Assembly (NCBI GenBank): GCA_048267905.1
Contig: JBLWWM010000001.1
Coordinates: 123,086 to 187,085, forward strand
Direction of reading: 5' to 3'
From: Balneola sp.
Lineage (GTDB): Bacteria > Bacteroidota > Rhodothermia > Balneolales > Balneolaceae
DNA: 64,000 nucleotides
Part shown: positions 17,085-27,225 of the stretch, piece by piece
Position numbering within the stretch: the first letter of the stretch is position 1
How the letters are laid out: every line of letters begins with the position of its first letter
Program-made: the position numbers and the translations under genes
The notes under the pieces: generated by a model
Seen by the model: the letters and a program-made list of their open reading frames with translations, nothing else
Told to the model about the DNA's origin: nothing
Database searches by the model: none

Positions 17085-17795
17085 ATGAAAAAAATTAAAG
17101 ACGTGAAAGGGCAGCAAGTTCCTGGCAGTTATAAAGAAGATAACCACAGAGATGTTTGGAGTGTGTTTAAGATTATGGGAGAATTTGTTGAAGGTTTCGA
17201 CAAACTTCATAAAATAGGACCGTGTATTTCAATTTTTGGATCTGCACGAACTAAACCGAATAATGAGTATTACCAGTTAGCAGTCGAAACTGCCGATTTA
17301 ATAACTCAAAAAGGCTTTGGCGTAATAACTGGAGGTGGACCTGGTATAATGGAAGCCGCTAATAAAGGGGCAACTGAAGGCGAAGGTAAATCGGTAGGTT
17401 TAGGTATTGAACTACCATTTGAGCAAGGTACTAATCAGTATGTTTCTCGAGAGTACGAAATCAATTTCAATTATTTCTTTGTAAGAAAAGTGATGTTTGT
17501 AAAGTATGCTCAAGGCTTTATCGTTTTCCCAGGAGGCTTTGGAACTCTAGATGAACTGTTCGAGAGTTTAACGCTAATTCAAACGCATAAAATTTCAAAA
17601 ATACCAATTGTACTCTTTGGCTCTCAGTATTGGGGTGGTTTGGTAGAATGGATTAAAGGAACTATGACCGAGTGGGGGACTATTTCCGAAGCTGATCATG
17701 ATTTATTTTTTGTAACTGATAGTCCTCAGGAAGCCGTAGATATAATCTGTGATTTTTATAAAAATGAAGAACCAAGCCCTAACTTTTCGCTCTAA
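17085..17795 (+). CDS. LOG family (TIGR00730) Rossmann-fold nucleosidase
   Basis: SIFGSAR, ITGGGPGIMEAAN, FFVRKVMFVKYA, PGGFGTLDELFE. Confidence 0.93.
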   Translation: MKKIKDVKGQQVPGSYKEDNHRDVWSVFKIMGEFVEGFDKLHKIGPCISIFGSARTKPNNEYYQLAVETADLITQKGFGVITGGGPGIMEAANKGATEGEGKSVGLGIELPFEQGTNQYVSREYEINFNYFFVRKVMFVKYAQGFIVFPGGFGTLDELFESLTLIQTHKISKIPIVLFGSQYWGGLVEWIKGTMTEWGTISEADHDLFFVTDSPQEAVDIICDFYKNEEPSPNFSL

Positions 17796-17930
17796 ATGGG
17801 AACTTAGATTACAGTAATGAATAAAAAAACAATAAAATTTAGAAGAAACTAGTTTATAACTTTAGATTGTGAAGCATTTTTAGTTAAATTCAACGCTTTC
17901 TCAGTATGAACAAAAAATAATTATAGTAAT

Positions 17931-18935
17931 ATGAAGGTTTTCTACAAAAGTTTTTTAGTGCTCGCATTGGGCTTAATAAGTCTAAATGTATCGGCACAGG
18001 AATATGCTGATGCTGTAAAGTTATATAATGAGGGCTTGGTTCAAGCTCAGAGCAAGAATTATGAGGCTGCGATAAACTCATTCACCCAGGCAATTAGTAT
18101 TGGCGATCAGTTGGGGTCTGACCAAGGGGCAAGTATCAAGGATCAAGCCGAGAGACAAATTCCAAAAATGTACTATCAAAAAGCAGTGGTGTCTTTTAAT
18201 GCATTCAAGAAATCTAAAAAAGTTGATGACTTAGATGGTGCGATTGAAAGTTTTGCTGAAACTGCGCAAGTGGCTAAAGAATTTGGCGACACTGACATCT
18301 CAAAAAGATCTGTAAATGTAATACCACAGCTTTACTATCAAAAAGCTACTATGTTGTATAACAGAGAAGACTTTGATGGAGCAAATGCAGCGCTTGATAA
18401 AGCGATTAATGCAAATGCTAACTATGCAGTGGCTTTTTATCAAAAAGGCTTAGTACTAAAAAAAGCTTCTCCTGATGATTTAGATGGTATCCTAAATTGG
18501 TTTAACCAAGCAATAACTGTTGCTGAAAGAGTAAACGACTCTCGTGTAGCTCGCTCTGCAAAAAGCTCTGCACATGATGAATTATTATTTAGAGGTGCTA
18601 AGTCTATTGAAGCAAAAAAATATAGCCAGGCTGTAGAACTGCTTGAGCTTGCTACCACCTACAATGAATCTGCTGATGTTTATTACAGATTAACAGAAGT
18701 TTTGAATAAGCAAGGTAAATCTGATGCAGCGCTTAGTAACGCCGAAAAAGCATTGGCATTAGAGCAAGGTGGAAAAACTGATAAAGCTAAGATTTACTTT
18801 GAAATTGGTTTAGCTCACCAAAGAAAAGGTGCAACTGGCCAAGCTTGCCAAGCATTTGGTAATGCATTATTTGGTTCTTTCAAAGCTCCATCGCAACACA
18901 TAATGGAATTTGAGTTGAAGTGCAAATCAAGCTAA
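17931..18935 (+). CDS. Exported tetratricopeptide repeat protein
   Basis: Signal peptide (NVSA-Q) followed by multiple TPR-like helical repeats (e.g. NANYAVAFYQKG). Confidence 0.8.
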   Translation: MKVFYKSFLVLALGLISLNVSAQEYADAVKLYNEGLVQAQSKNYEAAINSFTQAISIGDQLGSDQGASIKDQAERQIPKMYYQKAVVSFNAFKKSKKVDDLDGAIESFAETAQVAKEFGDTDISKRSVNVIPQLYYQKATMLYNREDFDGANAALDKAINANANYAVAFYQKGLVLKKASPDDLDGILNWFNQAITVAERVNDSRVARSAKSSAHDELLFRGAKSIEAKKYSQAVELLELATTYNESADVYYRLTEVLNKQGKSDAALSNAEKALALEQGGKTDKAKIYFEIGLAHQRKGATGQACQAFGNALFGSFKAPSQHIMEFELKCKSS

Positions 18936-18953
18936 GAACACTTTAAACACTTT

Positions 18954-18983
18954 AAGCCCTGATATTGTCAGGGCTTTTTTTTT
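18954..18983 (+). terminator. Rho-independent terminator
   Basis: AAGCCCTGA-tattg-TCAGGGCTT followed by a T-tract. Confidence 0.85.
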
Positions 18984-19077
18984 GCCATAACTTTTTCGTG
19001 ATTCTCGTTTAATCTGAAAGTCACTTTCCCTATATTTTAAGCTATCCAAATCGAGATTTAAACTAACTCATTTCTAT

Positions 19078-21069
19078 ATGTCTCTCACCCCGCTCGACCA
19101 ACTTTGCGCCAATACAATTCGAACTCTATCAATTGATGCAGTACAAAAAGCTAATTCAGGCCATCCTGGTATGCCTATGGGTATGGCTGATGTTGCTTAC
19201 GTTCTTTGGACTAAGTATTTGAAACATAATCCAAAAAACCCAGATTGGGCAAACCGAGATAGATTCATTCTCTCAGCGGGGCACGGTTCAATGCTAATTT
19301 ATAGCTTGCTTCACCTTACAGGCTACGATGTGAGTTTAGACGACATCAAAAATTTCCGCCAGATGGGTAGTAAAACTCCTGGCCACCCAGAGTTTGGAAT
19401 GACTCCTGGTGTTGAAACAACAACTGGTCCTCTTGGGCAAGGTTTTGCGACTGGTATTGGTATGGCGATGGCTGAGAAATTTCTAGCTAGTCATTTTAAC
19501 TATGAAGCTCATAAGGTAGTAAATCATTACACTTACGCCATTGTTAGTGATGGTGATTTGATGGAAGGGATTTCCCACGAATCAGCATCTTTAGCGGGAC
19601 ATTTAGGTTTAGGAAAGCTTATTTATTTATATGACTCTAACCGAATTTCCATTGAAGGCTCTACTGATTTAGCGTTCACTGAAGACGCAACGAAACGATT
19701 TGAAGCTTATGGTTGGCATGTTGTAGAAGTTGATGGGCATAATCATGAGCAAATTAGTGCTGCAATTGAAGAATCTCAGAAGGTAAGTGATAAACCATCA
19801 CTCGTAATTTGTAAAACTCATATTGGGTATGGCTCTCCAAATAAGCAGGATAGTGCTTCATCTCATGGCTCCCCTTTGGGTAATGATGAGATTAAATTAA
19901 CGAAAGAGTTTTACGGCTGGCCATCGGAAGAACCATTTTTTATCCCAGAGGAAGCTTTAGAAGTTTTTAGAAAAGAAATTGAAAAAGGTGCTGAGGCCGA
20001 AGCGGAATGGAAAGCTGGTTTTGAATATTATGAAACAACCGATCCTGAATTAGCTGAAGAGTATACAAACTGGATGAAAAGAGCACTTCCAGACTTAACT
20101 AAACTTCTTCCAAAATTTCCAGAATCAGAGAAAGGTGAAGCTAGTAGAAATGCATCTGGAAAAGTAATTCAAGCAATAAAAGGTGCTATACCTAATCTGT
20201 TCGCTGGTTCAGCCGATCTTTCTGGTAGTAATAAAACGGATATCGATAATGGGAAATCTTTTATCGTAGAAAGTCCAACTGGTAGAATAGTTCACTATGG
20301 TGTAAGAGAACATGCAATGGGTGCTGCTATCAACGGTATTAACCTCCACGGTGGTTTAATACCTTATGGTGGTACCTTCTTCGTATTTACGGATTATATG
20401 CGCCCTGCTATTCGTTTAGCAGCTCTGATGAAGACACCTTCTATTTTTATTATGACACATGATAGTATCGGTTTAGGTGAAGATGGCCCAACACATCAGC
20501 CGATCGAACATTTAGCTAGTTTAAGAGCGATGCCAAATGTACTTGTATTACGTCCTGGTGATGCAAATGAAGTTTCTTACTCATGGAAAGCGGCTTTAGA
20601 AAATACTACAGGACCTACTTTGCTTGTGTTAACGCGTCAAAATATGCCTACTTATGCTAGAGATTCTAAAAATCCTGCTTCCCTAGTTGAAAAAGGAGCT
20701 TATGTTTTCTCTGATTCAGAAAAAGAAACTCCGGACGCCATTTTAATTGGAACTGGCTCGGAACTTCACCTTGCAGTAAATGCCAAAGAAGTTTTAAAAG
20801 CTATTGGCATTGACGCGCGAGTAGTTAGTATGCCAAGTTGGGAGCTTTTCGCAGCTCAAAGTGAAGAGTATAAGGAAAGTGTTTTCCCTAAAGTTGTAAC
20901 CAACCGTGTTTCTATAGAAGCCGGTTCTACTTTCGGATGGGAACGCTGGGTTGGCGACAAGGGAACAGCAATTGGTATTGATTCATTTGGAGAGTCTGCA
21001 CCATTCGAAGAGCTATACGAACACTTTGGAGTTACCACAAAACATGTTGTAGAAGCTGCATCAAAATAA
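19078..21069 (+). CDS. tkt: Transketolase
   Basis: [57 protein letters not shown]. Confidence 0.98.
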   Translation: MSLTPLDQLCANTIRTLSIDAVQKANSGHPGMPMGMADVAYVLWTKYLKHNPKNPDWANRDRFILSAGHGSMLIYSLLHLTGYDVSLDDIKNFRQMGSKTPGHPEFGMTPGVETTTGPLGQGFATGIGMAMAEKFLASHFNYEAHKVVNHYTYAIVSDGDLMEGISHESASLAGHLGLGKLIYLYDSNRISIEGSTDLAFTEDATKRFEAYGWHVVEVDGHNHEQISAAIEESQKVSDKPSLVICKTHIGYGSPNKQDSASSHGSPLGNDEIKLTKEFYGWPSEEPFFIPEEALEVFRKEIEKGAEAEAEWKAGFEYYETTDPELAEEYTNWMKRALPDLTKLLPKFPESEKGEASRNASGKVIQAIKGAIPNLFAGSADLSGSNKTDIDNGKSFIVESPTGRIVHYGVREHAMGAAINGINLHGGLIPYGGTFFVFTDYMRPAIRLAALMKTPSIFIMTHDSIGLGEDGPTHQPIEHLASLRAMPNVLVLRPGDANEVSYSWKAALENTTGPTLLVLTRQNMPTYARDSKNPASLVEKGAYVFSDSEKETPDAILIGTGSELHLAVNAKEVLKAIGIDARVVSMPSWELFAAQSEEYKESVFPKVVTNRVSIEAGSTFGWERWVGDKGTAIGIDSFGESAPFEELYEHFGVTTKHVVEAASK

Positions 21070-21084
21070 ATGCAATTATTGAGT

Positions 21085-22224
21085 TTACTCCGGTCGATGC
21101 ACACAAGTAAATGTGATGTCATCGAGCGGAGACTCTTGACCAATAAAAGCCTCTAGAGAGCTTTGAACTTTATTAACAATAGTTTTGGCATGTAAAGATC
21201 CATAAATCTCCATCAGAGACTCAATGCGTTCCTCACCGTACTCATCACCACGCACGTTTCTTGCTTCACTTAAGCCGTCGGTATAAAAGAGCACCGAGTC
21301 ACCAGGTTTAAAGTGAAATCTCTTTACTTCAAGATGTTTTTCAAGCATTTTACTATTGGTCATACCCAAAGCAAAACCATCTGCTTTTAGATTGAAGGTA
21401 GTATCTTGCTCTTTGCTGTAATAAACAGGGATGTTATGCCCAGCACGGACATATTCAAACTCTTCTTTGTCGATCGGAAAGAATGCTACGCAACCGGTAA
21501 CGAAAGTCTTATCACGGCTATTACTTTTAACGTAATCGTTAAGTTGAATGAACAAATCTTTTGGAGTAGGATGCTCTTTAGCTACAAGCATTTTTACAAG
21601 AGCCTGCATTCTTACCATATAAAGTGCAGCAGAAAGACCTTTTCCTGAAACATCAGCAATAATTACATAGGTTCCTTTCTTTGTCTCAATAATATCTAAA
21701 TAATCACCGCCAACTTCTTTTGCAGTATGTGCGAAAGAATAAATTTCAAGATTTTCTTTGTTAAGAGATGTTCCTGGTAACAAACTGAGCTGAATATCCC
21801 GAGCTAAATCAATTTCCTTCTGAACGTCAGATTTTTCTAACAACTCTACAAGAAGAAGCAAAAACATAGATGCAAAGCCGAGAGGTAATAGTAACCCTGA
21901 AAAGAATAAAAAATCTGTGATTCCCAAAAAATTCAAAACATAGTAACCGACGAAGCTAGCACCTCCTACTCCAAACGCTAATCTACGAGTTGGATTTAAT
22001 CGTTGAGTTAAATCAGAAAACAACCGCAAAAATTTTACATGTCCAGGAAGATGTTGCCCTTGTTGACGCTCTATATCTTCAACGGCTTCTTTATATAGCA
22101 ATTTCAAACGATCGGTATCAGCCGTTAGCTCTTTTGAAATTCTATCCCTGTTCATACCAGAGACATATTCTTTATAAAATTTCTTAGTTCCGTAACCAGA
22201 TTGTGCTTCGTTTTTTAAACTCAA
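21085..22224 (-). CDS. PP2C/SpoIIE (RsbU-like) phosphatase with N-terminal membrane segments
   Basis: ARDIQLSLLP, VGGDYLD, IADVSGKG, YVRAGH, YTDGLSEA, DDIT. Confidence 0.9.
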   Translation of the reverse strand: MSLKNEAQSGYGTKKFYKEYVSGMNRDRISKELTADTDRLKLLYKEAVEDIERQQGQHLPGHVKFLRLFSDLTQRLNPTRRLAFGVGGASFVGYYVLNFLGITDFLFFSGLLLPLGFASMFLLLLVELLEKSDVQKEIDLARDIQLSLLPGTSLNKENLEIYSFAHTAKEVGGDYLDIIETKKGTYVIIADVSGKGLSAALYMVRMQALVKMLVAKEHPTPKDLFIQLNDYVKSNSRDKTFVTGCVAFFPIDKEEFEYVRAGHNIPVYYSKEQDTTFNLKADGFALGMTNSKMLEKHLEVKRFHFKPGDSVLFYTDGLSEARNVRGDEYGEERIESLMEIYGSLHAKTIVNKVQSSLEAFIGQESPLDDITFTCVHRPE

Positions 22225-22319
22225 AGGAAATTGATTTATTTAGTTCGCTGTGATGTCTTCGTAATTAGTCACAAAAAGTTTAGTTTCCAATTCATATTGT
22301 TCGGAAAATAACGGAATTC

Positions 22320-25085
22320 ATGTCAAAGAAACTTCTTTTTTTACTCGATGGAATGGCGCTAGCCTATCGAGCACATTTTGCATTTGTAAACTCTCGTCTT
22401 AAAAACTCGGAAGGGATTGCCACAGGGCCTGTTTTGGGCTTTGCAAATACCTTATCGCGAATGTTAGATGTAGAAAAACCAACGCACATTGCGGTAGCTT
22501 GGGATACTCATGTTCCAACTTTTAGACATGTTTTGGACGAAACTTATAAGGCTCAACGTCCACCTCAGCCCGATGAGTTGCGCACAGGAATTCCTCTTAT
22601 CAAGGAAATGGTAGATAAATGGGGTATAAAAAATATCGAGAAAGATGGTTTCGAAGCTGATGATTTAATCGGAACTATTGCTAACGGAGCCAATGCTGAT
22701 GATGTAGATGTGTTCTTAGTAACACCAGATAAAGATTTCATGCAGCTCGTTCACGATCATGTGAAAATGTTGAAACCTGATAATAAAAATGGTGGTTTTG
22801 ATATTATAGACCGAGAAGGGGTGATGGATTATTTCGGCGTATATCCTGAGCAGGTGATTGATGTGCTCGCTATAATAGGTGATGCATCAGATAATATACC
22901 TGGAGTACCTGGAATTGGGAAAAAAGGAGCTCCTAAATTAATCAATGAATTTGGATCTCTTGAGAATTTATTAGAAAAAGCAGGCACCATAAAAGCAAAG
23001 CGCCAACGAGAAACTCTTCTTGAAAACGCTGAGATGGCTATGCATGCCAAAACTATGGTTACCATTAAAGTTGATATTCCTGAGGTATTAGAATGGGAAG
23101 AACTAGAGTGGAATGGTCCTGATAGAAAAGACCTAGGCGTGTTTTTCAAAAGAATGGAGTTCAAAACATTAGCTAGAAAATTTCTTGGTGAAGAACAACA
23201 GCCTGCTCACGTTCCTGAAAACAAACCTGGTGGACAAGGTGATTTATTTGGCACTTTTGTAGAAGAAGTTCCAAAAGAAAAATTAAATAAAGAGACATCT
23301 GCATATAAATTAATTAAAACGCTAGAGGGTGTTACTGATTTAGTAAAAGAACTAAGTGCTGCTCATGTACTTTGTTTTGATACCGAGACCGATTCACCAG
23401 ATCCAGTTTCAGCTAAATTAGTTGGGATTTCATTTTCTACTAAACCAGAAACAGGTTGTTATATACCGGTTAATGTTGAAAGTGGGTTAGATGAGAAAGA
23501 AGTAATAAAACACATCAAGCCTTTATTTGAAAATCCAGAAACTACTATTGTTGCACACAATTTTAAGTTCGATTACATGATGCTTAATCGGGCAGGCATT
23601 AAAGTTACTGGAAAGCCCTTCGATACTATGATAGCAGCTTATCTTGTGGATTCTTCCCAGAAGCTGAAGATGGATGAACTTTCTAAAAACTATCTGAATT
23701 ATGCACCAGTGCCAATTGAAGAGTTAATTGGGAAAGGTAGAAAGCAGATTTCGATGGCGGATTTAACTCCAGAAGATGTGTATTTATATGCCGCTGAAGA
23801 TTCGGACATCACTTTACGATTGTATGAAATCCTAAAAGAACTTCTCAAAAAAGATGAGCTTGAAGAAGTAGCCAATACTGTTGAATTTCCACTTATGGAA
23901 GTTCTTGCTGATATGGAATACAAAGGCATCAAGTTAGATACGGAAATGCTTGCTGGATTTTCAAAAGATTTGACTGAAGATTTATTAAAGCTCCAAACAG
24001 AGATTTACGAGAAAGCGGGAGAAGAATTTAATATCAATTCTCCACAGCAATTGGGCACTATTCTATTTGAAAAATTGGGACTTCCTTCGGGCAAGAAAAC
24101 AAAAACTGGGCAGTATTCTACAAACGAGTCAGTTTTAACAAAGCTTGCTGTTAAGTATGAAATCCCAAGTTTGATTCTCGAATATCGTCAATTGGCTAAA
24201 CTTAAATCTACTTATGTAGATGCAATGCCGCTGCTTATTGATGAACAATCAGGACGAGTTCATACCGATTTCAACCAAAGTGTTGCCGCAACAGGAAGGT
24301 TATCTTCCTCCAATCCGAACCTTCAGAATATTCCTATTCGAACCACAAGAGGGCGCGAAATTAGAAAAGCATTTATTGCAGATGAAGGTTTCCAGATTTA
24401 TTCTGCAGATTATTCTCAAGTTGAGCTTCGTGTAATTGCACATATTGCTAAAGACGAAGCAATGATAGAAGCGTTCAGGAATGGAGAGGACATCCATGCA
24501 AGAACAGCAAAAGAGATATTTGGCTTAGAATCATTAGATGATGTGACCCAAGATCACCGTAGAAAAGCCAAAGAAGTTAATTTTGGGATTCCCTACGGCT
24601 TAAGTGCTTTTGGCTTGGCCCAAAACCTAGGCATCGATAATAACGAAGGGAAGGTGATGATTGATGAATACTTCAATCGTTTCCCAAATATTTTAAACTA
24701 TATCAACGAAACGAAAGAGTTTGCCAAAGAACATAGTTACGTACAAACGCTGCTAGGACGTCGCCGCTACCTTCCTGATATAAACTCTGGCAACTGGAAC
24801 GTACGAGGTTTTGCGGAGCGTGTAGCGATTAACATGCCTATTCAAGGTACTGCAGCAGATGTGATTAAGCTTGCAATGATTAACATCCATAATTGGCTGA
24901 ATGAGAACAAGAAGCAAAGCAGAATGTTACTTCAAGTACATGATGAATTAGTGTTTGAAATTCATGACAGCGAGCAGGAAGAGGTTCCTGCTAAAATTAT
25001 TGAGTTGATGGAGGGAGCTTTTACTATGAATGTACCACTAAAAGTGGAAGCTGGAATTGGCAAGAATTGGCTTGAAGCTCATTAA
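22320..25085 (+). CDS. polA: DNA polymerase I
   Basis: LDGMALAYRA, FEADDLIGT, GDASDNIPG, FDTET, GRLSSSNPNLQN, DYSQVELR, KEVNFGIPYG, QVHDELVFE. Confidence 0.99.
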   Translation: MSKKLLFLLDGMALAYRAHFAFVNSRLKNSEGIATGPVLGFANTLSRMLDVEKPTHIAVAWDTHVPTFRHVLDETYKAQRPPQPDELRTGIPLIKEMVDKWGIKNIEKDGFEADDLIGTIANGANADDVDVFLVTPDKDFMQLVHDHVKMLKPDNKNGGFDIIDREGVMDYFGVYPEQVIDVLAIIGDASDNIPGVPGIGKKGAPKLINEFGSLENLLEKAGTIKAKRQRETLLENAEMAMHAKTMVTIKVDIPEVLEWEELEWNGPDRKDLGVFFKRMEFKTLARKFLGEEQQPAHVPENKPGGQGDLFGTFVEEVPKEKLNKETSAYKLIKTLEGVTDLVKELSAAHVLCFDTETDSPDPVSAKLVGISFSTKPETGCYIPVNVESGLDEKEVIKHIKPLFENPETTIVAHNFKFDYMMLNRAGIKVTGKPFDTMIAAYLVDSSQKLKMDELSKNYLNYAPVPIEELIGKGRKQISMADLTPEDVYLYAAEDSDITLRLYEILKELLKKDELEEVANTVEFPLMEVLADMEYKGIKLDTEMLAGFSKDLTEDLLKLQTEIYEKAGEEFNINSPQQLGTILFEKLGLPSGKKTKTGQYSTNESVLTKLAVKYEIPSLILEYRQLAKLKSTYVDAMPLLIDEQSGRVHTDFNQSVAATGRLSSSNPNLQNIPIRTTRGREIRKAFIADEGFQIYSADYSQVELRVIAHIAKDEAMIEAFRNGEDIHARTAKEIFGLESLDDVTQDHRRKAKEVNFGIPYGLSAFGLAQNLGIDNNEGKVMIDEYFNRFPNILNYINETKEFAKEHSYVQTLLGRRRYLPDINSGNWNVRGFAERVAINMPIQGTAADVIKLAMINIHNWLNENKKQSRMLLQVHDELVFEIHDSEQEEVPAKIIELMEGAFTMNVPLKVEAGIGKNWLEAH

Positions 25086-25103
25086 TACTATCGTAGATAT
25101 AAA

Positions 25104-25150
25104 ACCGCTGTTCTTCATTTCTTAGTACTTAAGGAATAAAGAACAGCGGT
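25104..25150. terminator. Long hairpin between the convergent polA and DinB genes
   Basis: ACCGCTGTTCTT...AAGAACAGCGGT (12-bp stem with inner CTTA/TAAG). Confidence 0.7.
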
Positions 25151-25181
25151 AACTAGTTTCAGATTCAATTAGCTAATAGAA

Positions 25182-25676
25182 TTAAAACGTTTCGTCAGCA
25201 CTTGGGCCATAGCTTCCTGGAATTGGAATATCCAATAAGCGAAGATTTACACCCAGCTGTGCTCTATGATGTGCAGTTTGACCAAAAGAATGTCGGATTA
25301 CTTCGTATTTCGTAAACACTTGAAGAACAACACCATCGTTTTTCATTGTCCAGCTAGGTAACAAATCTTCTTCTTTTGCTTCTTCGAGTGCTTTTTTACC
25401 AGCTTCATACGATTTTTCGAATAACTCGAGTAAATCTTCTTGTGAACTAATTGGTGTTGGCTCATAAGGTGTAGTAGCAAAATCAATTCCATCGGAATTA
25501 AAAGTCATTGCTACCCAGCTAGGCAATTCTGCAATGTGTACAGCTAATCTTTTCATGGTCATGCTTTTTGGATGAGGCTGCCAATCAAAATGTTCTTCAG
25601 TAACGAGTTTAAAAAACTTTCGTGTTGTCTGTGCTTCTTGATCTAATTCTTTGAGTAATAAAGGGAGGATTTCCAT
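25182..25676 (-). CDS. DinB/YfiT family protein
   Basis: WQPHPKSMTMKRLAVHIAE and HTAHHRAQL-like end (QTAHHRAQLGVNLRLLDIPIPGSYGPSADE). Confidence 0.9.
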   Translation of the reverse strand: MEILPLLLKELDQEAQTTRKFFKLVTEEHFDWQPHPKSMTMKRLAVHIAELPSWVAMTFNSDGIDFATTPYEPTPISSQEDLLELFEKSYEAGKKALEEAKEEDLLPSWTMKNDGVVLQVFTKYEVIRHSFGQTAHHRAQLGVNLRLLDIPIPGSYGPSADETF

Positions 25677-25735
25677 AATTGAATGCCTGATTTAATGAGT
25701 TAGAAATTTGATGATAATTGAAGATAGTTGAGGGG

Positions 25736-25755
25736 ACTGACAACCCTATGTCAAT
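25736..25755. promoter_or_regulatory. Palindromic operator TGACA-N6-TGTCA upstream of the DinB gene
   Basis: ACTGACA-ACCCTA-TGTCAAT, about 60 bp upstream of the start. Confidence 0.7.
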
Positions 25756-25781
25756 GTAAAATGAGATATTTTCAAGAATGC

Positions 25782-26084
25782 TTAAATGGGCATTTCGGTA
25801 CAGTCGAATCCTTCACTTTGGATAAGTTCAATTACATCCGTTGTCTTCAATCCAGTGCAATTCACGCATAGCACATGTTCCCAATCCTCTAAGTCTACAC
25901 TCCACGAATTGATGGAAGAAGTGGCATTCAGTTTGGGAGTTATTTTCAGGACATCATCCGAAGAAGTCAAAGAAGTGCTAAATACAAAGCAGTTAGGTTC
26001 TGTTTGATGATGCGGGCATCTCGAGAATAATTGAAGAGCTTTAAATAAAGATTTTATCTTAGGCTTTGCGTTGATTTGAGTCAT
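25782..26084 (-). CDS. Small protein with an HMA/ferredoxin-like C-terminal fold
   Basis: FSTSL...LN....I..WSVDLEDWEHVL.V...LI..EGFDC.EM resembles small Bacteroidota HMA-like proteins; has its own operator upstream. Confidence 0.6.
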   Translation of the reverse strand: MTQINAKPKIKSLFKALQLFSRCPHHQTEPNCFVFSTSLTSSDDVLKITPKLNATSSINSWSVDLEDWEHVLCVNCTGLKTTDVIELIQSEGFDCTEMPI

Positions 26085-26127
26085 GAGTAAGTGGTGTTTC
26101 TATCAATTTTAGGGAGGATACATAATG

Positions 26128-26151
26128 TTACTGACAGCCTTATGTCAGTAA
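26128..26151. promoter_or_regulatory. Perfect palindromic operator TTACTGACA-N6-TGTCAGTAA
   Basis: 9-bp perfect arms with a 6-nt spacer, between the WYL gene stop and the next start. Confidence 0.75.
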
Positions 26152-26168
26152 TGAGTAGATTTTTTTTA

Positions 26169-27128
26169 CTAAACACAATGATGATTATATAACTCCTGAA
26201 CTAATTCTTTCAATCGATTTTTTAAAGATGTTGGTTCAATAATCTGTACGCTATTACCCCAGCCTAATAACCAGCGAGCCATATATTCTAAGGAGTAGGA
26301 GAGAAAGGTCAATTCTTTTCCTCCGTCAACTTTCATTTCAGAAACCCAGCCATGATAATATTTTTGATCTCCTAAGTAGCGATACATATCATCCGAAAAC
26401 CGCACCACAACCTTATGGATATCTCTTTCTTCTTCTTTCAAGTTTAATTCATAGAATTCTTCAAGCGAATGAGCTTTAGATACCTGAATAGTACTTTTGG
26501 AATAAGAATAACTTTCCATTCTATCAATCCTAAACAACCTGTAATCGGCCCGAACTAAACACCAAGCTGCCAAATACCAATAATTACCTCGGAGCAACAA
26601 GCCAAGGGGCTCCACATTCCTTTCAGTTACTTCATCCTTATAAGGAGAACGATATTTTATTTCGACCATCTTTTTTTGGAAGATGGAGTTTTGAAGAAAA
26701 TCGAAAACTTTAGAATCGGTATTAGATGGTGGTCTATCGGGATAAGGAAATGCTTTTATGTGCTGATCTAAAGTATCTAAATAGTTCTTTTCTTTAGAAG
26801 GTAAAACAGCACGGATTTTATCCAGAGCAGATACGTAAGAGTCGCTTAACGAACTCCCATTCCAGCGTTGCATCATACGTTCGCCAGCAAGCATTGAAGC
26901 TGCTTCTTCCTTACTAAACATAACAGGAGGGAGTCGGTATCCACTTACAATGTAGTAGCCTTTACCGTTCTCAAAACCGATGGGAACACCAGCTTCCTGT
27001 AAAGATTTTAAATCTCTATAAATAGTTCGTTCGCTGATGTCATAACGATTGACCATTTCGGAGATAGGAATGTACTGCCTTCCCTGAAGGAAGATAATCA
27101 TTGCAGTAAGTCGGTCAATTCTGTTCAT
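26169..27128 (-). CDS. YafY-like HTH-WYL(-WCX) transcriptional regulator
   Basis: MNRIDRL, SERTIYRDLKSL (wHTH), LPPVMFS, RNVEPLGL, WYLAAWC, YRLFRIDRM. Confidence 0.95.
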   Translation of the reverse strand: MNRIDRLTAMIIFLQGRQYIPISEMVNRYDISERTIYRDLKSLQEAGVPIGFENGKGYYIVSGYRLPPVMFSKEEAASMLAGERMMQRWNGSSLSDSYVSALDKIRAVLPSKEKNYLDTLDQHIKAFPYPDRPPSNTDSKVFDFLQNSIFQKKMVEIKYRSPYKDEVTERNVEPLGLLLRGNYWYLAAWCLVRADYRLFRIDRMESYSYSKSTIQVSKAHSLEEFYELNLKEEERDIHKVVVRFSDDMYRYLGDQKYYHGWVSEMKVDGGKELTFLSYSLEYMARWLLGWGNSVQIIEPTSLKNRLKELVQELYNHHCV

Positions 27129-27225
27129 AGAAATGTATTTCGTAACAAACTAGGGGTTAAACAGGAACCTAGCAACCGTACAATATTAAATTATGGCTAC
27201 TATTTGTCGCTTTTGGTACATCCTT

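Noticed and set aside
17085-17795. LOG/SLOG protein as a defence component
   Set aside because: Canonical stand-alone TIGR00730 protein in a housekeeping parAB operon.
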